Source: Candidatus Daviesbacteria bacterium RIFCSPLOWO2_01_FULL_39_23
GTDB lineage: Bacteria; Patescibacteriota; Microgenomatia; Daviesbacterales; UBA10151
Assembly: GCA_001776935.1 (NCBI GenBank)
Contig: MFDN01000015.1
Span: 30,130-94,129 of the forward strand
Direction: 5' to 3'
Length of the DNA: 64,000 bases
The notes under the pieces were generated by a model, which did no database searches, had not been told where the DNA came from, and saw nothing but the letters and a program-made list of their open reading frames with translations. Below, in pieces: positions 26,848 to 36,397 of this stretch; positions within the stretch are counted from its first letter, which is position 1, and each line of letters begins with the position of its first letter. A program made the position numbers and the translations under genes.

Positions 26848-29808
26848 TTAAGCATTTAACCAGTCATCATCATCTTTCGATATTTTATCAAGGTTTTCTT
26901 CGTCGCTGTAGCTGGCATTACTGATAATCAGTTCTTGTGGAATATCTGCCAAAAATCTGGATACTAAATTATTTGACCTGGTGCCAAAATATAACCTCTG
27001 TCTGGCGTAAGTTAAATATAGTTTCTCTTTAGCGCGGGTGATTCCGACATAGCAAAGTCTTCTTTCTTCCTCGAGTTCGCCAGTATCCAACATAGCGCGG
27101 GAGTGGGGGAATAAGCCTTCTTCCATGCCTACCATAAAAACAATCGGGAATTCCAGACCCTTAGCAGAGTGAAGAGTCATTAAAGTGACTGCGTCAGATT
27201 GCTGTTGACTGTTGGCTTTTCGCTTTCGGCCGGGAATATTGCCATTTTCAACCAGAGCAACATTTTCTAAAAATTCCACCAAATCAGGAAATTCTTCGGC
27301 TACAGACCGGAGCTCCTTAACGTTTTCTATACGCATTTTACCCTCTTCGGTGCCGTTATCAAGATATGCCAAATATCCTGTTTTGGTAAAAATTAAATCC
27401 AGTAAATCTAATGTTGTGTATTGATGAAGCTGCGTGGATATTTCTTCATAAAGTTCGGTAACTTTTACAAGCCTTCCTTTGCCTATTTTTTCAGCCCTTT
27501 TTAATGAAATCGAATCCTTAGGATTTTGCAATAAGCGCAGATATGCTAAAACGTCCTTTATTTCCTTTCTCTGGTAAAAGCTTACTCCGCCGACCAATTT
27601 ATATGGCATTCCGGCCTTTAAAAATTGTTCTTCTAGGGATCTTGATTGAGCATTGGTCCGGTAGAGAATGGCAAACTCAGACAGTTCTTTTATATCTTTG
27701 AGTTTGCTAATGGAGGATATGATAAAAAGAGCTTCTTCAACTTCATTTCTCACCTCAACTATTTCTATCTTTTCTCCGCCCTCTTTTTTGGTCCAAAGTT
27801 TTAAGACAGGATGGGATTTATTTTTGCAAATAATCGCATGGGCAGCGTCCAAAATATTTTGAGTGGAACGGTAATTTTGTTCAAGATTAAAAACCTTTAC
27901 CTGCGGATAATCTTTTTGAAAATTGACTATATTTCTAAAATCAGCTCCCCTGAAGGAATATATGGAATTATGTACAATGATTCCATTAGCAGAATAATTA
28001 TGCAGAGTATCTATATCCAGATCATAAACTTTTCCAACATAGTCCTCATGAGAAACTGAAATAACCTCATCAAGAATGATTCGATCTTTTTCTAAAATTC
28101 CAATTTCCATAGTTTCTCTAAGATGACTAATAGGGGTAAATAAAAACTTTTTATTATCAACAATGAAAGCAGAATGGTTAATAGTGAGTCCGCCGCCATC
28201 CAAAGCAATCTTTTCTGCTAGAGATAAAGCATTTTCATAACCCCAATGACAGGTTTCAATTCTCCATGTATCTCTATTGCCCGCTCTGGTAAAATGCCCC
28301 AGTTCATGAAGACTCTTCTGCAAGTTCTGGTTGGAAGTGTTAATTGAGACTCTGTGGCCACACCATGGACTTTTTAAAGTAGGCCGTTTATCGCTAAAAA
28401 GAGTGAAATGGACTAATTGTCTATCTGGAGCAATTTTACTTGCTACACCTTTAGGATGATGATGGGGATAGTCTTCAAACAGGTAGTAATCTTTGAAAAT
28501 TGTTTTTACCCGTTCTCTGGTATCTATAGAGTCAAAAAGTTTGTTAATTTGTTTTTGAGTAATAACCATATTACGGCCGCCGGTAGAGAAAACCATACTG
28601 GGGATTCCGTATTGAACTATAAACCACTGTTCCCAATAATTTGCTTCTGCTCTATCCTTGCAAACTTTTAAAATCCACATTTTATCTGCGCTCTCTTGAT
28701 TTGAACGCACCAATAAGCCAATTTGAGTTTTTCCTTTCTCTGGAGTTCTGAAACTTTTAGCAATTCCAATACGATAGCCTTTATCTTTTCGAAACATAAG
28801 GTATACATAGTAGCAATTTATTTTTAAGCTTAAACGGGCAAAGGTAATATGATTTGGGGTTGCTTTTAAAGTTTTACCGGATTTAGTTTTAATTGTGAAT
28901 AATTTACCTTGGAAATTAGAAATTCTTATTTTTTCAATCGGAACTTTGTGAATTCCTCCGCGACCAGCAGCAGCTATTACCAAATCGTTTCGTTTGAGGT
29001 CCTTAATAGATTTTAATCCAGTTGGAGTTGAAATTTTGGTATCAGGAGGGAGACATTGGCTGGCATCCCCTACAACACAAATATTTTGATGGCGTTTGGA
29101 TAAATATTTACTTATTAAATATTGGGCCGGATTGGTATCCTGGTATTCATCAATTAATATGTAGCGGAACTGGATCTGGTAGCGGGTTAAAACAGAGGGT
29201 TCGGTTTGAAAAAGCCGGATGGTTTTAAGAAGAAGGTCATCAAAATCCAAAGCCTGATTTTTCTCCAGGATTTTTTGATACTCAAGATAAATTTTAGCAA
29301 CAATTTCCTGGAAATATCCGCGGGCGTATTGAGGATATTCCAAAGAAGAAATCAGTTCGTTTTTAGCGCCGGAAATGGTGGAGCGGACAGAGTAGGGGGA
29401 AGTTTTTTGGGGGGAAATATTTAGATTACTCATGGCCTCTTTTACAGCATCCAAAGCATCTCCTTCATCATAAATTGCAAAACCGGGCGGCAGTCCCAGG
29501 ACTTTGCCGTCGCGGCGCAGTACCCTGGCACAAAAGCTATGGAACGTTCCCATAACCGGTTTGGCATTAAAATCCCCAAGCAGTTTCTTGATTCTTTCCA
29601 TCATTTCTCCGGCGGCTTTATTGGTGAATGTCAGGCACAGGATATTGTCAGGCGGAATACTCTTTTCAGATATTAAGTGAGCTACTTTATAAGTCAAGAC
29701 TCGTGTTTTGCCTGAGCCTGCTCCGGCCATAATCAGGGTTGGACCTTCAGTGGTCTGCACGGCTTTTTGTTGGTCTGGATTTAAATCATCTAGTAAAGAA
29801 GAGGGCAT
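26848..29808 (-). CDS. pcrA: UvrD/PcrA-family ATP-dependent DNA helicase interrupted by an intein
   Basis: Walker A AGAGSGKT. Motif III VGDxxQ is split from SIYSFRGA by a 363-aa insertion starting with Cys and ending ...VHN|S. Helicase motifs V/VI are present in the C-terminal extein. Confidence 0.85.
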   Translation of the reverse strand: MPSSLLDDLNPDQQKAVQTTEGPTLIMAGAGSGKTRVLTYKVAHLISEKSIPPDNILCLTFTNKAAGEMMERIKKLLGDFNAKPVMGTFHSFCARVLRRDGKVLGLPPGFAIYDEGDALDAVKEAMSNLNISPQKTSPYSVRSTISGAKNELISSLEYPQYARGYFQEIVAKIYLEYQKILEKNQALDFDDLLLKTIRLFQTEPSVLTRYQIQFRYILIDEYQDTNPAQYLISKYLSKRHQNICVVGDASQCLPPDTKISTPTGLKSIKDLKRNDLVIAAAGRGGIHKVPIEKIRISNFQGKLFTIKTKSGKTLKATPNHITFARLSLKINCYYVYLMFRKDKGYRIGIAKSFRTPEKGKTQIGLLVRSNQESADKMWILKVCKDRAEANYWEQWFIVQYGIPSMVFSTGGRNMVITQKQINKLFDSIDTRERVKTIFKDYYLFEDYPHHHPKGVASKIAPDRQLVHFTLFSDKRPTLKSPWCGHRVSINTSNQNLQKSLHELGHFTRAGNRDTWRIETCHWGYENALSLAEKIALDGGGLTINHSAFIVDNKKFLFTPISHLRETMEIGILEKDRIILDEVISVSHEDYVGKVYDLDIDTLHNYSANGIIVHNSIYSFRGADFRNIVNFQKDYPQVKVFNLEQNYRSTQNILDAAHAIICKNKSHPVLKLWTKKEGGEKIEIVEVRNEVEEALFIISSISKLKDIKELSEFAILYRTNAQSRSLEEQFLKAGMPYKLVGGVSFYQRKEIKDVLAYLRLLQNPKDSISLKRAEKIGKGRLVKVTELYEEISTQLHQYTTLDLLDLIFTKTGYLAYLDNGTEEGKMRIENVKELRSVAEEFPDLVEFLENVALVENGNIPGRKRKANSQQQSDAVTLMTLHSAKGLEFPIVFMVGMEEGLFPHSRAMLDTGELEEERRLCYVGITRAKEKLYLTYARQRLYFGTRSNNLVSRFLADIPQELIISNASYSDEENLDKISKDDDDWLNA
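27967..29055 (-). mobile_element. Intein (363 aa) inserted in helicase motif III of UvrD/PcrA
   Basis: N-terminal splicing block CLPPDTKISTP, C-terminal block ...GIIVHN followed by +1 Ser. The central region is large enough for an endonuclease domain, but no LAGLIDADG motif is seen. Confidence 0.75.
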
Positions 29809-29837
29809 AGCGTGGGATATATTAGCATATTTTTCCT

Positions 29838-30542
29838 TTAGATTATGAATTGGCTGATGGAGGTTTCAAGGTTTTGTTTATCGATGCGCTTTTTGAGTTT
29901 TTTTAACCGGTTTGGATCCAGATTAAACTGTCGGGCAATGTTTTCAAGGCTTTCCTCCTTTTGCAGCAAAATTAAAACCTGATCCATTTTTGTCCAGTAA
30001 TCGTATTCTTCCGGTACTATTTCCTGTAAGCCTAGAAATTTTGCCAGATCAAAAACTTCTGATTTAAAAAGCGAATAAAAAGGCACCAAATGTCCATAAA
30101 ACCCCTCCGGCGGAGGGTTTAAGAGTCTGTCGCTTTTATCAATAGTATTCACTAAGTCTGCTTTCATTTGGTCTGATTGTATTAACAGGTGATAATTTTT
30201 GAAGCGCAGATAAAAATTTTTCAAAGCTTCCGGTCCGCGCAACCGGTAGGCAGCCAGCTCTTTTTGATAAGCAGCAGCCCGGTTAAGGATAAAGGGATTA
30301 AGATTTAAGGTTTTGCAAACCCTGGTCAGCGCATTTGTTTTAGGACTGCCAAAATCCAAAACTATCAATATGGTTTTTTCGCCCAAAGCCTTTTGAAAAA
30401 GCACTCCCGCCGCAAGCGAGGTGATTGCACTGTTTATCTCTACGACTACCTTTGATGATTTCTTACAGGAAGACCGGATGTAGTAAATCAGTTTGTTTAC
30501 CAGCTGCTCATCAATAACTTTTTTGTCATCAGGCAGGTTCAT
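29838..30542 (-). CDS. NadE-like (NAD synthetase / PP-loop ATP pyrophosphatase fold) protein with a degenerate PP-loop
   Basis: Overall NadE-like collinearity (…GFYGHLVPFYSLFKSEVFDLAKFLGL…), but the SGGxDS motif is replaced by INSAITS. Confidence 0.45.
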   Translation of the reverse strand: MNLPDDKKVIDEQLVNKLIYYIRSSCKKSSKVVVEINSAITSLAAGVLFQKALGEKTILIVLDFGSPKTNALTRVCKTLNLNPFILNRAAAYQKELAAYRLRGPEALKNFYLRFKNYHLLIQSDQMKADLVNTIDKSDRLLNPPPEGFYGHLVPFYSLFKSEVFDLAKFLGLQEIVPEEYDYWTKMDQVLILLQKEESLENIARQFNLDPNRLKKLKKRIDKQNLETSISQFII

Positions 30543-30562
30543 AAATATAGTATACTCAAATT

Positions 30563-31465
30563 ATGGATGATCTGCCTCCACCCATAAAGCTGACTTCTAA
30601 TCCTTCTAATTTTTCTAATTCTTCCAATAATTTTGATGATCCCCTGTTTGAAGCCAAAATTAACAACCCTTTTAGCAAGTTTTTTAACTGGATTAAAAGC
30701 TTTCTAAGAAGAAATCAAAATATTACCATTAAAATACCAATCCTTGGGATATTAATTGCCTTATCAAGTTTTAGCCTGGGCTTGGGTTCAGGCTACAACT
30801 GGGGTTTTAATACAGCGCTAGCAAGATTTTTCCCTGATTCCTCGCCTGTTTTTCAAAGGGCTATAACTTCCGAAGGGGTAATTGAAAAATCATCCTCCGG
30901 AAAATTTTACTTAAAATCAAAGGATCAAATACTCTGGACTCTAAAAGCTGTCAATTCCGGTATAAATTTTGCAGATTTTACTGGCAGGCAGGTAACAATT
31001 AAGGGTAATTTAACCAAAGAAAAACTGCTTATCGAGGTATCAGAAATTATCCCTTCTGAACAGATAGCTCTCCTCACGGAGCCTGCCATTCCTCCTCCTT
31101 CCCAAACTTTCCCAACTTCCCCAAATACCGCTGTCCTGCCCGCCCTTTACTCCGGCCTGCAATGGGAAACTAACCAGAAAAAACTTTTAATCTTTACCTC
31201 GGGTAAAAGGAAAATAGAACAGGAAGGGGTGTATCTGGAATCTGTGCAAGTTTCAACTTTTCCGCAGGATTTTATTAATTACTACCTGGAAGGATTAAAA
31301 TCCGGGGGTTTTAAAGAAACCTTGAATTCTATAAATCCCGAAGGGATAACAATCACTTATGCTCAAAACGATCTGTTTTTAACCTTTGGTATTAAAAATA
31401 TCTACAAAGGCTCAAGGAGTAATAATCAGCTTGTTGGTTATAAAGCCTATCTGGAGCACAACTGA
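30563..31465 (+). CDS. Membrane-anchored hypothetical protein (300 aa)
   Basis: Low-complexity N-terminus, one TM helix, Pro-rich linker; no family assigned. Confidence 0.45.
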   Translation: MDDLPPPIKLTSNPSNFSNSSNNFDDPLFEAKINNPFSKFFNWIKSFLRRNQNITIKIPILGILIALSSFSLGLGSGYNWGFNTALARFFPDSSPVFQRAITSEGVIEKSSSGKFYLKSKDQILWTLKAVNSGINFADFTGRQVTIKGNLTKEKLLIEVSEIIPSEQIALLTEPAIPPPSQTFPTSPNTAVLPALYSGLQWETNQKKLLIFTSGKRKIEQEGVYLESVQVSTFPQDFINYYLEGLKSGGFKETLNSINPEGITITYAQNDLFLTFGIKNIYKGSRSNNQLVGYKAYLEHN

Positions 31466-31506
31466 TCCTTGGAGAGCTTGACAAAATAAAGCAGAGGTGC
31501 TAAATT

Positions 31507-32361
31507 TTGCGCATGTTAGAGAAACAACCTATAGCCAGCAATAAAGATTGGAAAGATTGTGATTTTGCAGTAGAAGGTAAAAACCCTCCACATAATGGTG
31601 TATATGGTTGTCGTTATCCTGAAGTTGTCAGATCAGGTCTGTTTGTTCCGGGGTATGTCAGAATAGACAGACTCCAAACCCACGTTGCGTGGCTAGAAAG
31701 GCGAGACCTAAGCCCTTATAGACAATCAGCTTGCAATAAAACCATTGAACAAATTTGTAGCGATTGTCCTTATTTTAAGTCAAAACCCACCTCAGAAGAA
31801 TCTGCAAAATTGGTGGAAGCAGGAGCAGGTAAAATTTATGCAGATATGGCAGCTATTGAGCAGCAAAGATTAGACTATTTATCCTCTATTACTCCTAAGC
31901 AGCTGGAAAACTGTTTTGGCCACATGTTCGCGGCCCTCACCTTTGTAGATTCTATTAATAATGGGGCTTTGGGTGACGAAGGCAGAGGAGCGATGGAGCT
32001 GGTACAGGCTGCAGGGCAGTATGTAAGTCTGTTTGATAAAAGAATGGGGGTCGCTTTAAGCAAATTTGGTGATCTGATTTGGGATGTTCCCCCTGCTTCT
32101 GCTGAGTTGGTAGCAAAGGCAAAAGGCTGGAAATCAACAGGTGGAGCTGAGTATGACACGCTATTTAAACTATTAGGGGAAAGAGCTTGGGAAAGGGATA
32201 ATCAGCAGTTGCTGGCTATACCTCAACATGTTAGGAAAAACCCTTACTCGCACCCTTCTTTGGAAGTAATCAATAGCTGGGGTGTAATAGGTGCAGGAGT
32301 GAGAACGGATAATGTAGCTAGATGGCTTTTGAATGAGCCGGTTACAAATGTTTCAAAGTAG
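31507..32361 (+). CDS. Hypothetical protein (284 aa), Cys-rich N-terminus, visibly GC-richer
   Basis: Clean ORF; its composition differs from the flanking housekeeping genes. Confidence 0.45.
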   Translation: MRMLEKQPIASNKDWKDCDFAVEGKNPPHNGVYGCRYPEVVRSGLFVPGYVRIDRLQTHVAWLERRDLSPYRQSACNKTIEQICSDCPYFKSKPTSEESAKLVEAGAGKIYADMAAIEQQRLDYLSSITPKQLENCFGHMFAALTFVDSINNGALGDEGRGAMELVQAAGQYVSLFDKRMGVALSKFGDLIWDVPPASAELVAKAKGWKSTGGAEYDTLFKLLGERAWERDNQQLLAIPQHVRKNPYSHPSLEVINSWGVIGAGVRTDNVARWLLNEPVTNVSK

Positions 32362-32425
32362 ATACCCTTTTTACAATTTTAAAAAGCATCTTGATTTCGG
32401 GTAATATTTGGAGTAATGTAAATTA

Positions 32426-33271
32426 ATGGCAACAAAGTTAGCTATTTTTGAAGACAAAGAAATCCGCAGACAATGGGATAAGAAACAAGAAAAATGGTAT
32501 TTCTCTGTTGTTGATATTATTCAAATCTTAATTAATCAATCCAGTTTTCAACTTGCGCGGAACTATTGGAAGGTATTGAAAAATCGCTTAAAAAAAGAAG
32601 GAAGTGAAGTGGTTACAAATTGTAACCGATTGAAATTATTGGCAGAAGATGGCAAGTTAAGATTTACAGATGTAGCTGATGTGGAGACTTTATTTCGGCT
32701 TATTCAATCTGTCCCTAGTCCTAAAGCAGAACCGATTAAGCTTTGGCTTGCAAAAGTAGGATATGAAAGAATTCAGGAAATAGCTGATCCTGAAAAATCT
32801 GTTAACAGAGGACGGACAAATTGGGAAAGAATGGGTAGAAGCGGAAAATGGATTCAGCAAAGAATGATGGGTCAAGAAATCCGTAATAAACTTACGGATT
32901 TTTGGAAAAACAATGATGTCAAAGAACAAAATGAATACGCAATATTGACTAATATAATCCATAAGGAATGGAGCGACTTATCAGTCAAAGAACATAAAAA
33001 TCTAAAAAAGTTAAAAACACAAAATTTACGTGATCATATGACAGATGCGGAACTAGTTTTTACTGCTCTTGCGGAACTTTCAACCCGGCAAATTGCGGAA
33101 ACGGTAAAATCTAAAGGTTTGGAAGAAAACAAGATTCCGGCTAAAAAAGGCGGACGAATTGCCAAAAATGCCCGACTGGAATTAGAGCAAAAAACTGGCA
33201 AAAAAATTGTTTCCGGAGAAAATTTTAAGTTTCCTGGAAAAAATGCATCTTTAACTCTGGACAACTCATGA
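32426..33271 (+). CDS. Bro-N domain protein (DinD / phage antirepressor-like)
   Basis: N-terminus ...FEDKEIRRQWDKKQEKWYFSVVDIIQIL... resembles the Bro-N DNA-binding domain found in DinD and phage/viral BRO proteins. Confidence 0.5.
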   Translation: MATKLAIFEDKEIRRQWDKKQEKWYFSVVDIIQILINQSSFQLARNYWKVLKNRLKKEGSEVVTNCNRLKLLAEDGKLRFTDVADVETLFRLIQSVPSPKAEPIKLWLAKVGYERIQEIADPEKSVNRGRTNWERMGRSGKWIQQRMMGQEIRNKLTDFWKNNDVKEQNEYAILTNIIHKEWSDLSVKEHKNLKKLKTQNLRDHMTDAELVFTALAELSTRQIAETVKSKGLEENKIPAKKGGRIAKNARLELEQKTGKKIVSGENFKFPGKNASLTLDNS

Positions 33272-33295
33272 AAGTCTTGTTATTATTTTCTTCCT

Positions 33296-33550
33296 ATGGT
33301 TAAACTTTTAGATTTCTGGGCTCCGTGGTGCGGACCTTGCCGGGCCATGGCTCCGGTGATTGAAGAACTGGAAAAAGAATTCAAAGGTAAAATAGAAATA
33401 GAAAAAATCAATGTTGATGAGGATCAAGCTAAAGCTTCTGAGTATGGAGTTATGAGTATTCCTACCTATATTGTGTTAAAGGACGGTAAAGAAGTCGGCA
33501 GAAAAATCGGGGTTACTCCTAAACAAGATCTTCTTAAATTATTGCAATAG
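33296..33550 (+). CDS. trxA: Thioredoxin (short, 84 aa)
   Basis: WCGPC active-site motif and downstream Trx fold elements (MSIPT...G). There is no upstream in-frame start, so the protein is N-terminally minimal. Confidence 0.8.
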   Translation: MVKLLDFWAPWCGPCRAMAPVIEELEKEFKGKIEIEKINVDEDQAKASEYGVMSIPTYIVLKDGKEVGRKIGVTPKQDLLKLLQ

Positions 33551-33564
33551 TAAACAATTTTCAA

Positions 33565-33864
33565 TTGAAGTTTAAGGCTAAAGTTATAGAAATAGTAAAT
33601 AAAATACCGCATGGTCATGTTACTACTTATGGGACTGTGGCAGCTTTGGCAGGTATTCCCAGGGGCGGTAGGCTTGTAGGTGGGATCCTGCATTATCAGG
33701 GGGAGAAAACAGACTGGTATAAGATAGTAAACCGTCATGGATTTATTTCTACTAAATGTTTAGATCACCCCAAGCTGTTACAAAAAGCCTCACTTGAGGC
33801 TGAGGGGATAGAAGTAAGTCCTGATTTCGTGGTAAACTTACAAAAGTATGGCTGGTGGGGATAA
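33565..33864 (+). CDS. Alkyltransferase-like protein (MGMT DNA-binding domain without the catalytic Cys)
   Basis: IPHGHVTTYGTVAALAG...PRGGRLVGGIL...WYKIVNRHG: the MGMT C-terminal domain fold with the PCHR motif replaced. Confidence 0.65.
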   Translation: MKFKAKVIEIVNKIPHGHVTTYGTVAALAGIPRGGRLVGGILHYQGEKTDWYKIVNRHGFISTKCLDHPKLLQKASLEAEGIEVSPDFVVNLQKYGWWG

Positions 33865-34534
33865 AAATATTTGGATTGTAGCTAATTGGAAAAGTAATAA
33901 AACCATTGCTGAGGCTTTGGAGTGGATTGGGCAAGTCGGGCCGCAAATTCCGAAAGCTGAATGGTTAAAAGTAGTGGTGTGTCCTACTTTCAGCGCATTG
34001 TCTGAAGTTAAAAAAGCCATTACTGTTGGCAATTTTCCTATTTTGGTAGGCTCACAGGATTTATCGCCTTTTGGCAATGGAGCTTATACCGGAGAAGAAT
34101 CAGCGCAAAATTTAAAAGAACTTATTTCACTTACAATTTTAGGTCATTCAGAGAGGCGCCAAAATTTTGCCGAAAACGATGAAATCGTTGGCAGAAAACT
34201 CCAGAAGGCCAACGAATCCGGCATCCTTCCGCTGGTCTGTGTTCAAAGCACCCAAACACCTGTGCCTTCTGGATGCGGACTGGTGGCTTACGAGCCCTCC
34301 TTTGCAATCGGTACCGGTAATCCCGATACTCCTGAAAATGCAGATGAACTAGCGAAGCTATTAAAAGGGAGTTACGGAGAAGGGTTAGAAGTGCTTTATG
34401 GCGGCAGTGTAAACAGCGGGAATGTCAATAATTTTATTATTCAGGAATACTTAAGCGGAGTGCTGGTGGGAGGAGCGTCTTTAGATGCTGCTGAATTTAC
34501 CAAAATTTGTAAAATTGTCGGGGAAAGGGTCTAG
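33848..34534 (+). CDS. tpiA: Triosephosphate isomerase
   Basis: Motifs VANWKSNKT, ILGHSERR, VCVQ (the ..CIGE region) and YEPSFAIGTG. Confidence 0.85.
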   Translation: MAGGDKNIWIVANWKSNKTIAEALEWIGQVGPQIPKAEWLKVVVCPTFSALSEVKKAITVGNFPILVGSQDLSPFGNGAYTGEESAQNLKELISLTILGHSERRQNFAENDEIVGRKLQKANESGILPLVCVQSTQTPVPSGCGLVAYEPSFAIGTGNPDTPENADELAKLLKGSYGEGLEVLYGGSVNSGNVNNFIIQEYLSGVLVGGASLDAAEFTKICKIVGERV

Positions 34535-34542
34535 GTGAAAAT

Positions 34543-35778
34543 TTGAAACCTCTAAAGCTTCAAAAAAGCCGGAAAGATTATTCTCTTAAGTTAAAAAGAG
34601 TGAAAAATACCACAAGAAAACTTATACCTTTGCTTGTAATCATTGGAATTTTAATATCCATTGCTTTTTTCTTAACAACTTTATCAGGCACCAGTTCCTA
34701 CGTAAGTCATATAATTTCGGGAACATCGCTTAAATCAGGCGAGGGAAGAATAAATATCTTATTACTCGGCATTGCCGGCGGCAGTCATGGCGGAGCCAGT
34801 CTGACAGACACCATTATGGTAGCCTCGTATAATCTGAAGACCAGTCAGATTGATTTAATTTCTCTCCCGCGGGATTTATGGCTGCCTTCTTTGCAAAGCA
34901 AAGCTAATGCAGTGTATCAAAAAGGTTTAGTGCAAGGTAATGGATTGGGTCTTTCCAAGGTGGTTATAGGCAATATTTTAGGAATACCGATTCATTATGC
35001 GCTTCTTGTGGATTTTCGTGGGTTTGTTGCTGCAATAGATGCTTTGGGCGGTATAGATGTGCAGGTGGAAAAATCTTTCGATGATTACCAGTATCCAATT
35101 GAAGGTAAAGAAAATGATATGTGCGGACTTGAGGAAAAGGAAATGGATTTTAATGAAAATGATGCAAAGAATTTAAATATTGAGCCGGGTAAAAGATTAG
35201 TGTTAATTTTGCAGGACGGCAAAATAGCCACAGATGCCGCGCAGGAGGATAGGGGGGTTAAGTATTTCAATTGCAGATACGAGCATATTAAGTTCGAGAA
35301 AGGCCAAATGCATATGAGCGGAGCAGTTGCATTAAGTTTTGTCCGTTCAAGGCATGGAACAAATGGGGAAGGGTCGGATTTTGCCCGCTCAAAAAGACAA
35401 CAAAAGGTGATAGAAGCGGTTAAAAGTAAAATACTCTCTTTGGAGACTTTAACCAGTCCCCAAAAAGTGGGCGATTTAATTTCCGTTCTTGGTAAAAGTA
35501 TTGATACTGATGTAAAAGTTAAAGATACTTTAGAATCTTATAAATTATTACGTAAAATAGAGCAGGTGCACACTTTTGTTCTGGATGACTCTCTAAGAAG
35601 CGGTTTGCCTGACGGCAGAAAAACGCTTTTTGTTAATCCGCCCAGGAGCAGTTATGGAGGTGCTTATGTTTTGGTATCGCAGGATGATGACTTTTCTATT
35701 GTGCAGGAATATGTTAGAAAGATTCTCAGAGGAGAAATAACTGAGTATGAAGCCACTTCTGCTGCACGGCCCCGCTAA
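34543..35778 (+). CDS. LytR-CpsA-Psr (LCP) family cell-envelope phosphotransferase
   Basis: TM anchor then INILLLGIAGGSHGGASLTDTIMVASYN...LISLPRDLW, the hallmark LCP region. Confidence 0.8.
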   Translation: MKPLKLQKSRKDYSLKLKRVKNTTRKLIPLLVIIGILISIAFFLTTLSGTSSYVSHIISGTSLKSGEGRINILLLGIAGGSHGGASLTDTIMVASYNLKTSQIDLISLPRDLWLPSLQSKANAVYQKGLVQGNGLGLSKVVIGNILGIPIHYALLVDFRGFVAAIDALGGIDVQVEKSFDDYQYPIEGKENDMCGLEEKEMDFNENDAKNLNIEPGKRLVLILQDGKIATDAAQEDRGVKYFNCRYEHIKFEKGQMHMSGAVALSFVRSRHGTNGEGSDFARSKRQQKVIEAVKSKILSLETLTSPQKVGDLISVLGKSIDTDVKVKDTLESYKLLRKIEQVHTFVLDDSLRSGLPDGRKTLFVNPPRSSYGGAYVLVSQDDDFSIVQEYVRKILRGEITEYEATSAARPR

Positions 35779-36397
35779 AGAAGCTTCAAGAAAAAAGCTA
35801 TTAGAAATAAAAGAGAAATTTACCCAAAATAATGTGGTCGTTTTCGAGGAGGGTACTGATTTACAAGTCATTTTAGGTGGTGTGGCTACTCAGTCGCTGT
35901 TTTCTGATGAACGACTTATTGTTTTGGAGAATCCCCACGAGGATGTTATTTTAAACTTATCGCTTATCGCTTATTGCTTATCGCTTGCAATATGGTTTGA
36001 TCATGAGGTGAATGTAAAGAAGTTCCCTGGTTTTGAAGTGATGTTTTTCCCGGAAGGCAAAGAGGTTTCAATCTTCCCCTTTTTAGATTTATTGGCAGCC
36101 AAAGACAAAAAAGCCTTTTTAGAACTTCAGAAACTAAAAGACGGAGGATTTGATATTTACTATTTTTTGACCATGACCTTTTATCTTCTAAGAAATTTGG
36201 TGGCTACTCCCAAAAGAGCTCCTGACTTTGTCCGCACTAAACTACAAAGACAAAGAAAAAACTTTACCGAAGCTAAAATAACACAACTTTATAAAGATCT
36301 TCTGGAAATTGACTTTAAAATCAAATCCGGTTTGATGGAAATTCCTCAGGCAGAATTTTTATTAATTAATAGATTCCTTGAGCACCCAATTCTTTAA
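35747..36397 (+). CDS. Hypothetical protein, possibly DNA polymerase III delta-subunit-like (HolA N-terminal-like); contains a 7-bp x4 tandem repeat
   Basis: LLHGPAKEASRKKLLEI... weakly resembles clamp-loader delta N-termini. Overlaps the LCP gene by 32 bp. Confidence 0.35.
   Translation: MKPLLLHGPAKEASRKKLLEIKEKFTQNNVVVFEEGTDLQVILGGVATQSLFSDERLIVLENPHEDVILNLSLIAYCLSLAIWFDHEVNVKKFPGFEVMFFPEGKEVSIFPFLDLLAAKDKKAFLELQKLKDGGFDIYYFLTMTFYLLRNLVATPKRAPDFVRTKLQRQRKNFTEAKITQLYKDLLEIDFKIKSGLMEIPQAEFLLINRFLEHPIL

Noticed and set aside
27967-29055. LAGLIDADG homing endonuclease inside the intein
   Set aside because: No LAGLIDADG-like dodecapeptide was found by reading the translation. The endonuclease class, if any, is left open.
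30563-33295. Prophage
   Set aside because: A Bro-N-like gene and composition shifts are present, but there is no integrase, terminase, capsid or tail gene and no flanking att repeats. I report it as a possible remnant module only.
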